64,000 bases of DNA from Bdellovibrionota bacterium (GCA_041391405.1 JAWKOB010000002.1:38082-102081); one strand, 5' to 3'; shown: positions 50,693 to 61,950, numbered from the stretch's first letter. Made by a program: numbers and translations. The notes: generated by a model not told the origin, from the sequence alone.

Positions 50693-53485
50693 TTAGGAAC
50701 AGCCGGTGGTGCCGCCGCAGTTCGGACATTTATAACAAACGCCAGAACGAATGGTCATCGTGCCGCAGTCTGGGCAAGGAGGAGCATCTTCTTGCACTTG
50801 AATCGACCAGCTGGAACCTTTGGCGCTTTGCTTATCCAAGCTTGCACCGCTCATTCCGTTGGCTTCGGCAGGAATTTCCTGAGAAGGACGGCTAGGAACG
50901 TTCACATTCGTGGTGGCAGCTTTGGTTTCCTTGGCTGTCGGGGTACGTTTCACAATGCCCACGGTTTCCAATTCTTCATTGGTTAGGAATTTGATCGCAA
51001 GCCAGCGGAAGATGTAATCCACGACCGATTTGGCGATCGGAATATCCTTGTTGCCCGTCATACCAGATGGTTCAAAGCGTGTGTGACTGAATTTGTCGAT
51101 CAACACTTTCAATGGAACGCCATATTGAAGAGCCATGGAGATCGCGGTTGCGAATGAATCCATGAGTCCCGATACAACGGTTCCTTCTTTGGACATCACC
51201 AAGAAAATTTCACCCGGTGTGCCATCCTCAAACATGCCCACGGTGATGTAACCTTCATGACCGCCGATGGAGAACTTGTGCGTGATCGCGCTTCGTTCTT
51301 CCGGAAGTTTTTTGCGGAAAGGTTGACCGGAAGCATCCACAGTTGCGCCAGTGGTCTTCAAGTTCTTCGAGGTGTTGAGCGGTTGGGAGCGTTTGCAACC
51401 ATCGCGGTAAACAGCGATCGCTTTCAAACCATATTTCCAAGCTTTCAAATAGGTTTCTGCAATTTCATCCACCGAGATTTGATTTGGCAGGTTCACGGTT
51501 TTTGAAATAGCACCGGAAAGGAATGGTTGGGCAGCCGCCATCATTTTGATGTGACCCATGTGATGAATGTAGCGGTTTCCATTGTACGGTTTGAAGGCAC
51601 AATCAAATACGGCCACATGGTCTTCCTTCAGATGAGGTGCACCTTCGATGGTTTCTTTTTCATCAATGTATTCCACGATCGCCTTGACTTCATCCTGAGA
51701 ATAACCAAGTTTATGAAGCGCCATTGGAACGGTTTTGTTCACGATCTTGAGGAAACCTTCTCCCACGAGTTTTTTGTATTTGATCAATGCAATGTCTGGC
51801 TCAATTCCAGTGGTATCGCAGTCCATCATGAAGCCGATGGTTCCGGTTGGAGCCAAAACACTGATTTGTGAATTCTTGTATCCGTGTTTCTTGCCGAGCT
51901 CATACGCAGCTTCCCAATCCTCACGAGCTGCATTGAAAAGTTCATTTGGAATCAAGGTGTGATCGATGTGTTCAACGGCATCGGCATGTTTGCGGATCAC
52001 ACGAAGCATCGGCTCACGGTTCATATAATATTGATCGAAAGATCCACGATCAGCAGCTACTTCAGCTGAAGTTGCATAGCAGTGACCAGTCATGATCGCT
52101 GTGATGGCCGCAGCGGTTGCACGACCAGCATTGGAATCATAGGGCAAACCCATCGACATCAAAAGCGCGCCCAAGTTGGCGTAACCGATGCCCAGCGGAC
52201 GGAATTCGTGGCTGTTTTTTTCGATCAGTGGTGTTGGATAGGATGCGAAATCCACCAAAATTTCCTGAGCAAGAATGGTTGTGCGACAAGCAGCGCGGAA
52301 GGCTTCGATGTCGAATTCTTCTTTTGGGTTCACAAAGGTGAGCAAGTTCAAAGAAGCTAGGTTGCAAGCCGTGTCGTTCAAGAACATGTACTCAGAACAT
52401 GGATTGGATCCATGAATGCGGTCCGTGTTTGGACAGGTATGCCAGTCGTTGATTGTTGTATCGAATTGAAGGCCAGGATCGCCGCAAAGCCAAGCAGCTT
52501 CCGCAATCATTTTGGTTAGGTCGCGCGCTTGATAGGTATCGATGGCGCGTCCATCCATCACAGCGCGTGTGGTCCAAGGTTGATCTTTTTCCACCGCTTG
52601 CATGAAATCATCGGTCACACGAACGGAGTTGTTGGAGTTTTGGAAGAATACGGAGCCGTACGCTTCGCCGGTGAAAGAACCGTCGTAACCAGCATCGATC
52701 AAAGCCCACGCTTTTTTCTCTTCATGTTCTTTGCATTTGATGAATTCGACAATATCGGGATGGTCGATGTTCAAAATCACCATTTTGGCTGCGCGACGTG
52801 TTTTGCCGCCGGATTTGATGACGCCAGCAAAGGCATCGTAGCCTTTCATGAAGGAAACGGGACCCGAAGCATGACCGCCGCCGGTGAGCTGTTCACGGGA
52901 AGAACGAATGGTCGAAAGGTTGGTGCCTGTTCCGGAGCCGCCTTTGAAAAGCATGCCTTCGGTTTTGGCAAGCTCAAGGATCGAGCTCATGGAGTCTTGA
53001 ACGGAGTTGATGAAGCAAGCCGAGCATTGTGGATGAGCTTCGATGCCGACGTTGAACCAAACCGGGGAGTTGAACGCCATCTTTTGATTCACGAGCAGGT
53101 AGGTCAAATCATCTTCAAACGCTTGGACATCGGCTTCAGAGCGGAAGTATTTCGCGCTGCGAGCCCAGGAAGCGATTGTGGACGCGACGCGGGTGATAAG
53201 CTGTTTGACGGAGTTTTCGCGTTGGGGAGTTCCCATGGCACCACGGAAATATTTGGAAACCACAACGTTGGTGGCGAGCATGGACCAGTTTTTCGGAATC
53301 TCGACGTTTTTTTGGGAGAAAACGACTTCGCCTTTTTCGTTGGAAATCACAGCATCGCGAAGTTCCCATTCCATCTCATCGAAGGGGTGCACGCCTTTTT
53401 TGGTGAAATAGCGTTTATGAGCGATCCCTTTCGATTCTTTTGAGGTGGTTTTGGTGGTTTTGATTTTTTCAGAAAGGGTTTCCAT
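50693..53485 (-). CDS. nrdJ: adenosylcobalamin-dependent (class II) ribonucleoside-diphosphate reductase
   Basis: 930 aa. 'NPCSEYMFLNDTACNLASLNL' active-site region, C-terminal zinc ribbon 'CPDCG...CYKCPNCG'. Confidence 0.9.
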   Translation of the reverse strand: METLSEKIKTTKTTSKESKGIAHKRYFTKKGVHPFDEMEWELRDAVISNEKGEVVFSQKNVEIPKNWSMLATNVVVSKYFRGAMGTPQRENSVKQLITRVASTIASWARSAKYFRSEADVQAFEDDLTYLLVNQKMAFNSPVWFNVGIEAHPQCSACFINSVQDSMSSILELAKTEGMLFKGGSGTGTNLSTIRSSREQLTGGGHASGPVSFMKGYDAFAGVIKSGGKTRRAAKMVILNIDHPDIVEFIKCKEHEEKKAWALIDAGYDGSFTGEAYGSVFFQNSNNSVRVTDDFMQAVEKDQPWTTRAVMDGRAIDTYQARDLTKMIAEAAWLCGDPGLQFDTTINDWHTCPNTDRIHGSNPCSEYMFLNDTACNLASLNLLTFVNPKEEFDIEAFRAACRTTILAQEILVDFASYPTPLIEKNSHEFRPLGIGYANLGALLMSMGLPYDSNAGRATAAAITAIMTGHCYATSAEVAADRGSFDQYYMNREPMLRVIRKHADAVEHIDHTLIPNELFNAAREDWEAAYELGKKHGYKNSQISVLAPTGTIGFMMDCDTTGIEPDIALIKYKKLVGEGFLKIVNKTVPMALHKLGYSQDEVKAIVEYIDEKETIEGAPHLKEDHVAVFDCAFKPYNGNRYIHHMGHIKMMAAAQPFLSGAISKTVNLPNQISVDEIAETYLKAWKYGLKAIAVYRDGCKRSQPLNTSKNLKTTGATVDASGQPFRKKLPEERSAITHKFSIGGHEGYITVGMFEDGTPGEIFLVMSKEGTVVSGLMDSFATAISMALQYGVPLKVLIDKFSHTRFEPSGMTGNKDIPIAKSVVDYIFRWLAIKFLTNEELETVGIVKRTPTAKETKAATTNVNVPSRPSQEIPAEANGMSGASLDKQSAKGSSWSIQVQEDAPPCPDCGTMTIRSGVCYKCPNCGGTTGCS

Positions 53486-53601
53486 TTTTTCTCCGTTTTT
53501 TCAGAATTCAGTCTTCTATTATTATTTCGAGTAACGTGTGATTCGCAACAAAAAAACAGTCACCGAAAATTTTTTCTTTCCATAGTGGTTATAATCATTG
53601 T

Positions 53602-54277
53602 CTATTGCGTTTCAGCGTCCAACTTGAGTTCAATGAGCGCGATCATATCCCGTACTTGGTGCAAAAAAATGTCCGCTTCGCTCTTTTTCATCAAATCTTC
53701 CGGCGTCAAACCGCCCAAAATCCCGATGGTTTTTGCGCCAGCCAATCGGCCGGCTTCCAAATCCACCGGACTGTCCCCAATCATCAACGTTTTTGCTGGA
53801 AGGACATTCAATTCCTTGCAGATATGAAGAATAGGTTCTGGACGTGGTTTTTTATGCGGTAGACTGTCTCCTCCAAGCACCATTTTGAAATGATGATCGA
53901 TTTGGAAGTATTTCAGAATCGTTTTGCAGGGAGTCTTCGCGTTTATTGCTCAAAAGGGCGACCTTTTTATCTTCCAACAGTTCCAACAGTTCAACGACGT
54001 TGGGATAAAGCACTGTGTTATCGAACATTTTTTCAGAATAATGTTTGATGTAGAATTGAACACCCGGCGTTCAGCATGGGGATCGTCGTTCACCAGTTCG
54101 CGCATCAAATTTTTGGATCCGATGCTGATGCGGCTGATCAAATCATCCATCGTGTGACGAGTTAGACCGTCTTCTTTGAGTGCCAGATCCAGACAAATGG
54201 CCAGATCCTTGGCCGAGTCGATGAAGTGTGCCGTCGAGGTCGAAAATGACCAGTTCAATTTTGGAAAAATCAAGCAT
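53602..54277 (-). CDS. HAD-superfamily hydrolase (phosphoglycolate phosphatase-like), at least 2 frameshifts
   Basis: N-terminal 'MLDFSKIELVIFDLDGTL' (ATG at 54275-54277) then frame loss. 'SAKDLAICLDLALKEDGL' in ORF 53950..54273. C-terminal 'KPRPEPI...LMIGDSPVDLEAGRLAG' in ORF 53602..53883. Confidence 0.7.
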
Positions 54278-54402
54278 GGACGGCTTGTATAGCAGAAGCC
54301 TCCTCTGCTAGAACAGAGTTATGGATTTGGAAAAAAATTACCAAAGAATTTCAATCACTTGAGAAGAGTCCGGGATGTTGGATTCAGTCGGATTGGTCTG
54401 TT

Positions 54403-55200
54403 TTGGAGATCACAGGAAAAGACCGCGTACGCTTTCTTCACAACCTTTTGTCTCAACATGTGGATGAACAAAAAGAGGGTAAACGTCGGTGGTCGACGCT
54501 TCTGAATTCCAAGGGCAAGCTCATCGGTTTTTTTCAGGTTTGGAAACTGGAAAACCGGTTTCTTTTGGTGGTTCACCAAGCGCACAAATTAGAAGTTTTT
54601 AAAACGCTTGAAACCTATTGGATTACCGAAGATCTGAATTTCAAATGGCTGGAAGATCAGGTTGTGGTTTCTATTTTTGGATCCACTGCTGAATCCCTTC
54701 CTCAAATCGAGGGAGTTTCTTTGGCCGTCGATGATTATTTTATTCCGAGTGTTCAGGCGATTGTAAATGAATCCCAAAAGCAAGCGATTCAAAACAAATA
54801 TGCGGCGATATCACCTGAGTTATATGAGGCGATCCGTATTCAATCCGAGTTTCCACTTCCGGAAATCGATTATACCGATCCAATTCCTCTGGAAGTTCCT
54901 TTCATGCATCGAGCAGTTTCATTTGTGAAAGGCTGTTATGTCGGTCAGGAAACCATCGCACGGTTGCATGCGCGAGGATTGAATGTTTCCAAAAAACTTC
55001 TGCCGTTTGAGTGCGCGATCGATTCCCATATTTCACCGCAAGCTTCCGTGATGGAACAGCAAACTGAAGTGGGTAAGGTCACCAGCCTCGCCTTTTCACC
55101 GACACAAAAAGAAAAAATCGGTCTGGCCTGGGTTCATCGCAATGCTTTCAAGAAAAATCTGACGGTCAATGGTCAAGCAATCGAGGTTCAGTATGAATGA
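54403..55200 (+). CDS. YgfZ/GcvT-like folate-binding protein
   Basis: 'LEITGKDRVRFLHNLLSQHV' typical of YgfZ/aminomethyltransferase folate-binding family. Start codon uncertain (TTG in ORF track). Confidence 0.7.
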   Translation: MEITGKDRVRFLHNLLSQHVDEQKEGKRRWSTLLNSKGKLIGFFQVWKLENRFLLVVHQAHKLEVFKTLETYWITEDLNFKWLEDQVVVSIFGSTAESLPQIEGVSLAVDDYFIPSVQAIVNESQKQAIQNKYAAISPELYEAIRIQSEFPLPEIDYTDPIPLEVPFMHRAVSFVKGCYVGQETIARLHARGLNVSKKLLPFECAIDSHISPQASVMEQQTEVGKVTSLAFSPTQKEKIGLAWVHRNAFKKNLTVNGQAIEVQYE

Positions 55201-55822
55201 TATCTACTTCAGACAATTAGAGTTGGGGCCAATGATGAACTATGTTTATCTCATCGGTGATCCCTCCACCAAGGAAGCGCTGGTTGTCGATCCAGCGTGG
55301 GATGTACAAGCGATTCTCGATCAACTGGAGCAGGATGGATATGAAATGAAAGGGATGCTTGTAACGCACGGTCATCCGGATCATATCAACGGCGTCGAAG
55401 AGCTTTTGAATCGAACCAATACGCCCGTGTACATGCACAAAGATGAAGTGCCATGGATCAAAGGTTGGAAAGAAACTGCCATTGCCACGCAAATGGGCGA
55501 CAAAATCAAAGTGGGCAATCTGGAAATCGAATGCATTCACACACCCGGCCATACCATGGGTTCGCAGTGCTTCATGTGCCGCGGTCAAATGCTCACAGGA
55601 GACACCTTGTTCATCGATGGTTGCGGCCGAACAGATCTTCCAGGTGGAAATACGGAAATGCTCTACAATACATTTTCCAATGTGATCAAAAAACTTCCCG
55701 ATCAAACCGTGATTTATCCCGGACACAATTATTCACCGGGAAAGAGCGACACTCTCGGACATCAAAAGGAAACCAATCCATATCTGGTGGCCACGCGCGA
55801 CGAATTTTTGAGAAATCGTTAG
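55169..55822 (+). CDS. MBL-fold metallo-hydrolase (glyoxalase II-like)
   Basis: 'VTHGHPDHINGV' plus downstream His/Asp ligands. Confidence 0.8.
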   Translation: MVKQSRFSMNDIYFRQLELGPMMNYVYLIGDPSTKEALVVDPAWDVQAILDQLEQDGYEMKGMLVTHGHPDHINGVEELLNRTNTPVYMHKDEVPWIKGWKETAIATQMGDKIKVGNLEIECIHTPGHTMGSQCFMCRGQMLTGDTLFIDGCGRTDLPGGNTEMLYNTFSNVIKKLPDQTVIYPGHNYSPGKSDTLGHQKETNPYLVATRDEFLRNR

Positions 55823-56585
55823 TCATTGTTCACTTGCGCCATGAAGTGAGAAAAAATCGCATTTCCCTGAGCGTAGGATTCGGTACTGGACGACATGAAT
55901 TCAGGATGCCATTGAACGCCCAAAACAAAATTCGATGAATCATGTCGAATGGCTTCGATAATGTTGTCTTCGCTCTTGGCTTCAACGACCAAATGGTTTC
56001 CGACTTTGTCGATGGCTTGGTGGTGGATGCTGTTGACTGTGAGTGTTGTTTGATTTGGATAAATTTTCGATACCAATGAGTTTGGTTCCACAGTGATGGA
56101 ATGAAAATTATTGTCGTCGAAGTTTTCCGAAGAGTGAGAAATGTGGGACGTGCCCTTGATTTCTTGCTTCAGGGTTCCGCCCAAGGCAACGTTCATGATC
56201 TGACAACCGCGACAAATGCCTAAGATAGGAATTTTTTTCTCCATGGCTTTGTTGAAAAGGGCGATTTCAAACGTGTCGCGTACGATATCGGAATCTTTGT
56301 ATTCGATGCTTGGTTTTCACCATAGGTGGAAGGATGAACATCGATGCCACCCTGAAGGATGAGTCCATCGATCGCATTGATGTAGCTCTCCACGATCGCA
56401 TTGAAAAATGTCACGTCACTATCGCGATCGAATGTCGGAAGCATGAAGGGTAGCGCCTGTAAACGGAGCAGAAAATGAGCGATACCGGGTTCGATACCCT
56501 GGATGGATTTTCCTTTCGGACCGATGGGATTTTTATGGGCGGGAATCAGGCGGGGAGAAATTCCGATGAGTGGTCGGTGATTCAC
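55819..56585 (-). CDS. class I glutamine amidotransferase (PuuD/gamma-glutamyl hydrolase-like), one frameshift near 56225-56245
   Basis: C-terminal ORF 'PILGICRGCQIMNVALGGTL...GVQWHPE' (Cys nucleophile, His). N-terminal ORF 56220..56585. Confidence 0.7.
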
Positions 56586-56592
56586 GCGTCAC

Positions 56593-58589
56593 CTACATCC
56601 TGAAATGAGTTTTGATTCTTTTTACGATCGCATCTTTGGAAAATCCAAAATGAGCAGCCACGACTTCGCCGGGAGCGGATGCTCCGAAGGTATGCATATC
56701 GATCGTCAAGCCATCCGTGCCAATCCATTTGTACCAGAGATCTCCTTGGGCGGTTTCAATCACAGCTTTGCTTATCCCACTTGGCAGAACTTTGTCTTGA
56801 TACGACTTGTCTTGCTGTTTGAAAACCTCAACGCATGGAATCGACACGACACGAACCGATTTGCCTTGGTTTTCCAATTCTGCGGCAGTTTGAACCGTGA
56901 CGCCAACCTCAGAACCAGTTGAAATCAAATCAGATCCAGCTTTGAATTCTTTCCTTCTTTCAAGATGTATCCGCCTTTGAGGATGGATTGGGGATCGAAA
57001 GAAGTGTCTCTTTTGAGATCGTCCAAATTTTGACGGCTGAGCATCAACGCAGTTGGGCCCTTTTGTGGTTGAGTGCCATGGTCCATGCGGCTGCAGTTTC
57101 CATCGAATCCGCCGGGCGGATCACTTGCAGATTTGGAATGAGTCTCAAGCTTGGAATATGTTCAACCGGCTGGTGTGTAGGTCCGTCTTCTCCCACATGA
57201 ATGCTGTCGTGGGTGAAAATGAACAAACTTTGAATGTTGCTCAAGGCTGCCACACGAATGGCTGGGCGCATGTAATCCGAGAACACCAAGAACGTGGAGC
57301 CGAATGGAATCCAAGAGCCATAAAGCGCCATGCCATTGACGATCGCGCCCATTGCATGCTCGCGAATGCCAAAGTGAATGTTGCGACCTTTGAAATTGTT
57401 CGCAGTTACATCCCCACCATCTTTAATGTTGGTTTTGCAGGAAGAGGCCAAATCGGCGGATCCTCCGGCAAGTGATGGTACGAGTTTGGCAACCGTTTGC
57501 TCGATCGTGTTGGAAATGACGCGCGTTGCATTCGGCATCGCGGGAAGATTTTTTAAGAGTTGATCGTACAAATCGGCGGGAACTTCCGTGGACCACATTT
57601 TGTCCCACTCTTTGGAAAGTTCTGGATTTGCTTTGCTCCACGCAGCGAAAGTTTTCTCCCATTCTTTTTGTTTCGTTGAAACCTGAGCCATTTGGTTCTG
57701 AAATGTTCGGTTACGCTCGCAGGAACGTGGAAAGCTTCGCCACCAGTCCATTGAATGTTGGCTTTGGTTTTGGCAATCTCATCCGCGCCCAGTGGAGCGC
57801 CGTGAGATGAAGCTTTGCCTTGCTTGTTTGGAGAGCCGTAGGCAATTTGGGTTCTTGCAACGATCAAGGAAGGGCGTTCTTTTTCAGCGACAGCATTTTT
57901 CATTGCGCCACGGATTTGTTCATGGTTGTGGCCATCGACTTTTTGAACGTACCAACCGTAAGATTCATAGCGTTTGGCGACGTCTTCAGAGAAGGTAAGA
58001 TCCGTAGAGCCGTCGATGCTAATCTTGTTGTCGTCATAGACATAGATGAGATTCGAAAGTTTGAGGTGGCCGGCGATCGATGACGCTTCGGAAGAAATGC
58101 CTTCCATTAAGTCCCCGTCAGAAACGAGGAAATCACATTGTGATTGATGACTTTATGTTCAGCTGTGTTGAATTTGGCCGCCATCATTTTTGAAGCGAGT
58201 GCCATGCCGACAACATTCGCACTGCCTTGCCCGAGTGGGCCGGTTGTGGCTTCGACACCTTCAGTATGGCCGTATTCAGGGTGGCCAGGCGTTCTGCTGC
58301 CGAGTTGGCGAAAATTTTCGATTTCCTTTATCGGAAGGTTGAATCCAGAAAGATGCAACAATGCATATTGCCACATCGAACCGTGGCCGGCCGAGAGTAC
58401 GAAACGATCTCTGTTTTTCCAGTTTGGATGTTGAGGTGTGACATTCAAGAATTCAGTCCAGAGAATGTAACCGATATCAGCGCATCCCATGGGCATTCCA
58501 GGATGGCCGCTGTTGGCCTTTTCGACCGCGTCCATGGCTAGCGTTTTGATGGTGTTTACACAGAGAAGATCGATGTTTTCTTGAGACAT
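56593..58589 (-). CDS. tkt: transketolase, broken into at least 4 ORFs by frameshifts in this assembly
   Basis: N-terminal '[18 protein letters not shown]...[17 protein letters not shown]', '[16 protein letters not shown]', middle '[15 protein letters not shown]', Pyr domain '[19 protein letters not shown]', C-terminal '[14 protein letters not shown]' all present in order across ORFs 58107..58589, 57553..58107, 57044..57751, 56593..56928. Confidence 0.9.
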
Positions 58590-58918
58590 ATTGGAATCGA
58601 TTCATAGCCCAAGCGTGTCAAAATGTCGAAAAATGAATTTTGACGAATGCAATTTTCTTTTGGTATAACTCCTAACATGAAAAACATGTTCACCATTTTC
58701 TCCGTGTTGATTCTGATGGGGGCTGGAACAGCGCTGGGGCAGGACAAAACCCCAAATGAGGCGCAAACGCACGTTCAAACTGAACCTGCCAAGAAGACAA
58801 CTCCACCTTGATGATGAAAATCAAATCAGACGAAAAAGGTGATGAAATACGCCGTCAGGAACTTATCGACGAGCTTCGAAGGTTGTATAAAGCCAATTTT
58901 CTGTAGGATTAGAAACCC

Positions 58919-59505
58919 ATGAAAAAGACCTTGAAAACATATAGCTTATTGGCCGCGGTATTCTTGATGATGACCGCGTGCACACCAAAAAAACTGAAAC
59001 CAAAGGAAATGCCATGCCATCGACTGAAGGTAAAACCGCAGAACTCAAAACCAATATGGGAAACATCACCCTCGAATTTTTGCCGGATGTGGCACCAAAC
59101 CATGTCGAGAATTTCAAGAAGCTTGCCCGTAGCGGTTTTTACGATGGTACGACATTTCACCGCGTGATTCCGGGATTCATGATTCAGGGCGGAGATCCAA
59201 ATTCCAAAAGTGATAACCGTGCGATTCACGGAACCGGCGGTCCTGGGTACACGATCGATGCGGAATTTTCGGATATCAAACACGAACGTGGAATCGTTTC
59301 GATGGCACGATCTTCAGACCCGAACAGCGCAGGAAGCCAATTTTTCATTGTGGTCCGCGATTCGCCGCATTTGGATCGTCAGTACACGGTTTTTGGGAAA
59401 GTGACATCAGGAATGGATGTTGTAGATCAAATCGTCAGTGTTCCTCGTGATCCACGCGATAATCCGATCAAAAAAGTTCTGATCGAAAAAGTAACGGTTA
59501 AGTAG
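58919..59505 (+). CDS. peptidyl-prolyl cis-trans isomerase, cyclophilin type, lipoprotein signal; one frameshift near 58985
   Basis: 'LLAAVFLMMTAC' lipobox in ORF 58919. Cyclophilin core 'HRVIPGFMIQGGDP', 'SMARSSDPNSAGSQFFIV' in ORF 58978..59505. Confidence 0.85.
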
Positions 59506-61291
59506 TTGCTGAAGTCGGGGTGATTTCCGAGGAGATTTCATCGGACACCGCTTTTTTGATCACCACTGTATTTCGTTTTTCTTTGGCTTTGTACAAGCAT
59601 CGATCCGCCACTTTGTACGCGATACTGTAATCGACTTTGTGAATTTCCGGGCTGAAGTACAAAGCGCCGACGCTAGCGGTGACATGCTTTCCGGTTTTTT
59701 GCAGATTTTCGAAACCAGCATTTTCCACCGACTCACGAATGTGCTCACAGATCATCTGCGCTTGATCGAAGGTCACGTTATGGAGAAATACGCCGAACTC
59801 TTCGCCACCCAAGCGCCCGACATAGTCACTCAAGCGAACCGCGTTTTTCAAGGTCTTGGAAAATGAAATCAGCAATCGGTCCCCGGCTGGGTGGCCATAG
59901 CTGTCGTTGTAGGCTTTGAAGTGGTCGATATCCAAAATGAGCAGGGCATAGCCTTTGTTTTCATTGGCGTTGTTGATGTTGTATTCGATCAAGGATTCGA
60001 ACGTTCTACGGTTGTAGAGTGCTGTGAGTGGATCGTGTTCGCTCAGATATTTGAGTTTTTGATTTTTCACTTCCAGTTCGTTTTTGATTTCTTGGTCGCG
60101 CAGTGCGGTCACGTGCTCACGTGCCAGTTGCAACATGACGAAGAAGCCAATGTAAATCAACGCGTAGGGCAGAGTGAACTGCGACTCTGGTGCTTTGAAT
60201 TCTCTGTATACATCGATAAACATCGAGGTGAAAAAGATCGGACCCACCAGAACGGAGGCCACGCTGAAAGCATTGACCTGCTGAAGGATCAGCTTGATGC
60301 CTTTTTTTGTGGTGTAATACGAGAATGCAGACATCAGAGAAACGTAGAACACTTGAAGCATCATGATGCCAGCCACATATTGTCCAGAGAAAAAAAGCAG
60401 GCAGTAGGCGACAGTCACGCAAGAAATAAACCACGTGGTCATTTTCATGTTGAACTTGAATCGATCCGGCCAGAGACCGGATTGAAACGCGAGTCGAAGT
60501 GAAAAGAGCATGGTTCCGATCATGCTGGCCCCTACAAAAAGAAGCGTGGAATTCCAGTCCATGCCCATGTAGGTATATACAAAACCGATCGATCCGATGT
60601 ACAGCGAGAAGAAAATTCCAAATCCCATGTAGTCGTAGAAAAATGTGCGGTTTCGACCGAATACGCCGACCAATCCGCTGTACAGTGAAAGAAAAATCAG
60701 GGCCAGGGAACAGGCGAACGGAAGATAAGATCGATAAAAGTTATAGCGAAGTTTTTTGACCTGGGCGAATCTATCGGTTGTGACAGCGGGTTGGCCGAGG
60801 ACGCCACCGAACATCGGTCCTCCATAGTTTACGATGATCCGTGCCGTATGTTGACCTTGCGTTAGGGCAAAAGCAGGGAGTTGGTGGGTTTTCCAATCTT
60901 GAAACGCGACCGACAAGTCTTTGGTGTAAACATTGCGACCGACGTATTTTCCATCGATCCAGAGTTCGTCTTCATCCCCGATCGGTCCGCTGTTGAGAGC
61001 GTAGGTCTGATCGGTATAAGACTGATCCAAAGTGTATTGCGCAAAATAAGTGTAAAGCTTTCCCTTTTGGCCGACGTTTTGAGGTTCGATGGGTTTGGGT
61101 TTTTCCGTGAATGTACAACGCTCAAGATCAAGCTCTGAAACATTGCCTTCACAGAAATACCAATTCACCAAAGGAACTTGGAATGTTTCCCATGGCTCAT
61201 TCGAGTTGTCGAAAATGCTTCGCGCCATCAGATAAGAAGTGACAAACGCGAGCAAGCACAACCCATATTTCCCTACCAGTTTGGTGCTCAC
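59498..61291 (-). CDS. diguanylate cyclase with N-terminal periplasmic sensor plus 7TM (7TMR-DISM-like) region and C-terminal GGDEF domain
   Basis: Seven hydrophobic helices in the middle, 'DPLTALYNRRTFE', 'RLGGEEFGVFL' (GGEEF). Confidence 0.8.
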   Translation of the reverse strand: MSTKLVGKYGLCLLAFVTSYLMARSIFDNSNEPWETFQVPLVNWYFCEGNVSELDLERCTFTEKPKPIEPQNVGQKGKLYTYFAQYTLDQSYTDQTYALNSGPIGDEDELWIDGKYVGRNVYTKDLSVAFQDWKTHQLPAFALTQGQHTARIIVNYGGPMFGGVLGQPAVTTDRFAQVKKLRYNFYRSYLPFACSLALIFLSLYSGLVGVFGRNRTFFYDYMGFGIFFSLYIGSIGFVYTYMGMDWNSTLLFVGASMIGTMLFSLRLAFQSGLWPDRFKFNMKMTTWFISCVTVAYCLLFFSGQYVAGIMMLQVFYVSLMSAFSYYTTKKGIKLILQQVNAFSVASVLVGPIFFTSMFIDVYREFKAPESQFTLPYALIYIGFFVMLQLAREHVTALRDQEIKNELEVKNQKLKYLSEHDPLTALYNRRTFESLIEYNINNANENKGYALLILDIDHFKAYNDSYGHPAGDRLLISFSKTLKNAVRLSDYVGRLGGEEFGVFLHNVTFDQAQMICEHIRESVENAGFENLQKTGKHVTASVGALYFSPEIHKVDYSIAYKVADRCLYKAKEKRNTVVIKKAVSDEISSEITPTSATT

Positions 61292-61380
61292 AGGGAAATT
61301 ATCTCAAATTTCCAATGAAAAAATGAATAAAAAGGTTCAGATGGTGCAAAAAGTTGGCATGCGGAAACTTGAGTTGCGTT

Positions 61381-61950
61381 TTATTTTCCGCCAAAGATCT
61401 TCTTATATTCCGCTTCATACCCCTCTTTGATCATGTTTTCTTTGGGGATAAAGCGGAGGGAAGCGGAGTTGATGCAGTAACGCAATCCACCCTTGTCTTT
61501 GGGACCATCGTTGAAGACGTGTCCAAGGTGGGTGCCGTCAGTGCTGTGAACTTCATCCCGTGGATACATCAGTTTGAAATCCTTTTTGCTTTCTACGTTT
61601 TTATCTTCGAGGGGTTTGGTGAAGCTTGGCCATCCGCAACCTGAGACATATTTGTCTTTGGAGCTGAAGAGGGGTTTTCCAGAAACGATATCTACATACA
61701 ACCCTTCACGTTTTTCGTTCCAGTATTCATTCTTGAACGGAGGTTCCGTGCCTTCTTCCTGGGTTACGCGGCGTTGGAGTTCGGTGAGTTCTTTGATGCG
61801 TGCGGCTTTGTCCATAGGTTTCCCGTCTGATTTTTTGTGTTGATCAAAACTACACACGCTCGTGCTGATCGTCAATAGCAGCAAGGCGCCCAGAAGAGCG
61901 AAGGTTTTAATACCTTTGGAATGGAATGAAGTCAGGGAATTCTTCTTCAC
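61381..61950 (-). CDS. msrB: peptide-methionine (R)-S-oxide reductase MsrB with apparent N-terminal signal peptide
   Basis: 'GCGWPSF', '[10 protein letters not shown]', 'RYCINSASL' MsrB motifs. Hydrophobic '[20 protein letters not shown]' in frame upstream of the conserved core. GTG start near 61948-61950 assumed; alternative ATG at 61813-61815 would give a cytoplasmic 143-aa form. Confidence 0.7.
   Translation of the reverse strand: MKKNSLTSFHSKGIKTFALLGALLLLTISTSVCSFDQHKKSDGKPMDKAARIKELTELQRRVTQEEGTEPPFKNEYWNEKREGLYVDIVSGKPLFSSKDKYVSGCGWPSFTKPLEDKNVESKKDFKLMYPRDEVHSTDGTHLGHVFNDGPKDKGGLRYCINSASLRFIPKENMIKEGYEAEYKKIFGGK

Noticed and set aside
53486-53601. Possible cobalamin riboswitch or NrdR box upstream of nrdJ
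   Set aside because: Region is only about 115 nt and lacks recognisable B12-box (no rAGYCMGgAgaCCkGCcd-like element) or paired NrdR boxes by eye. It cannot be excluded without a covariance-model scan.
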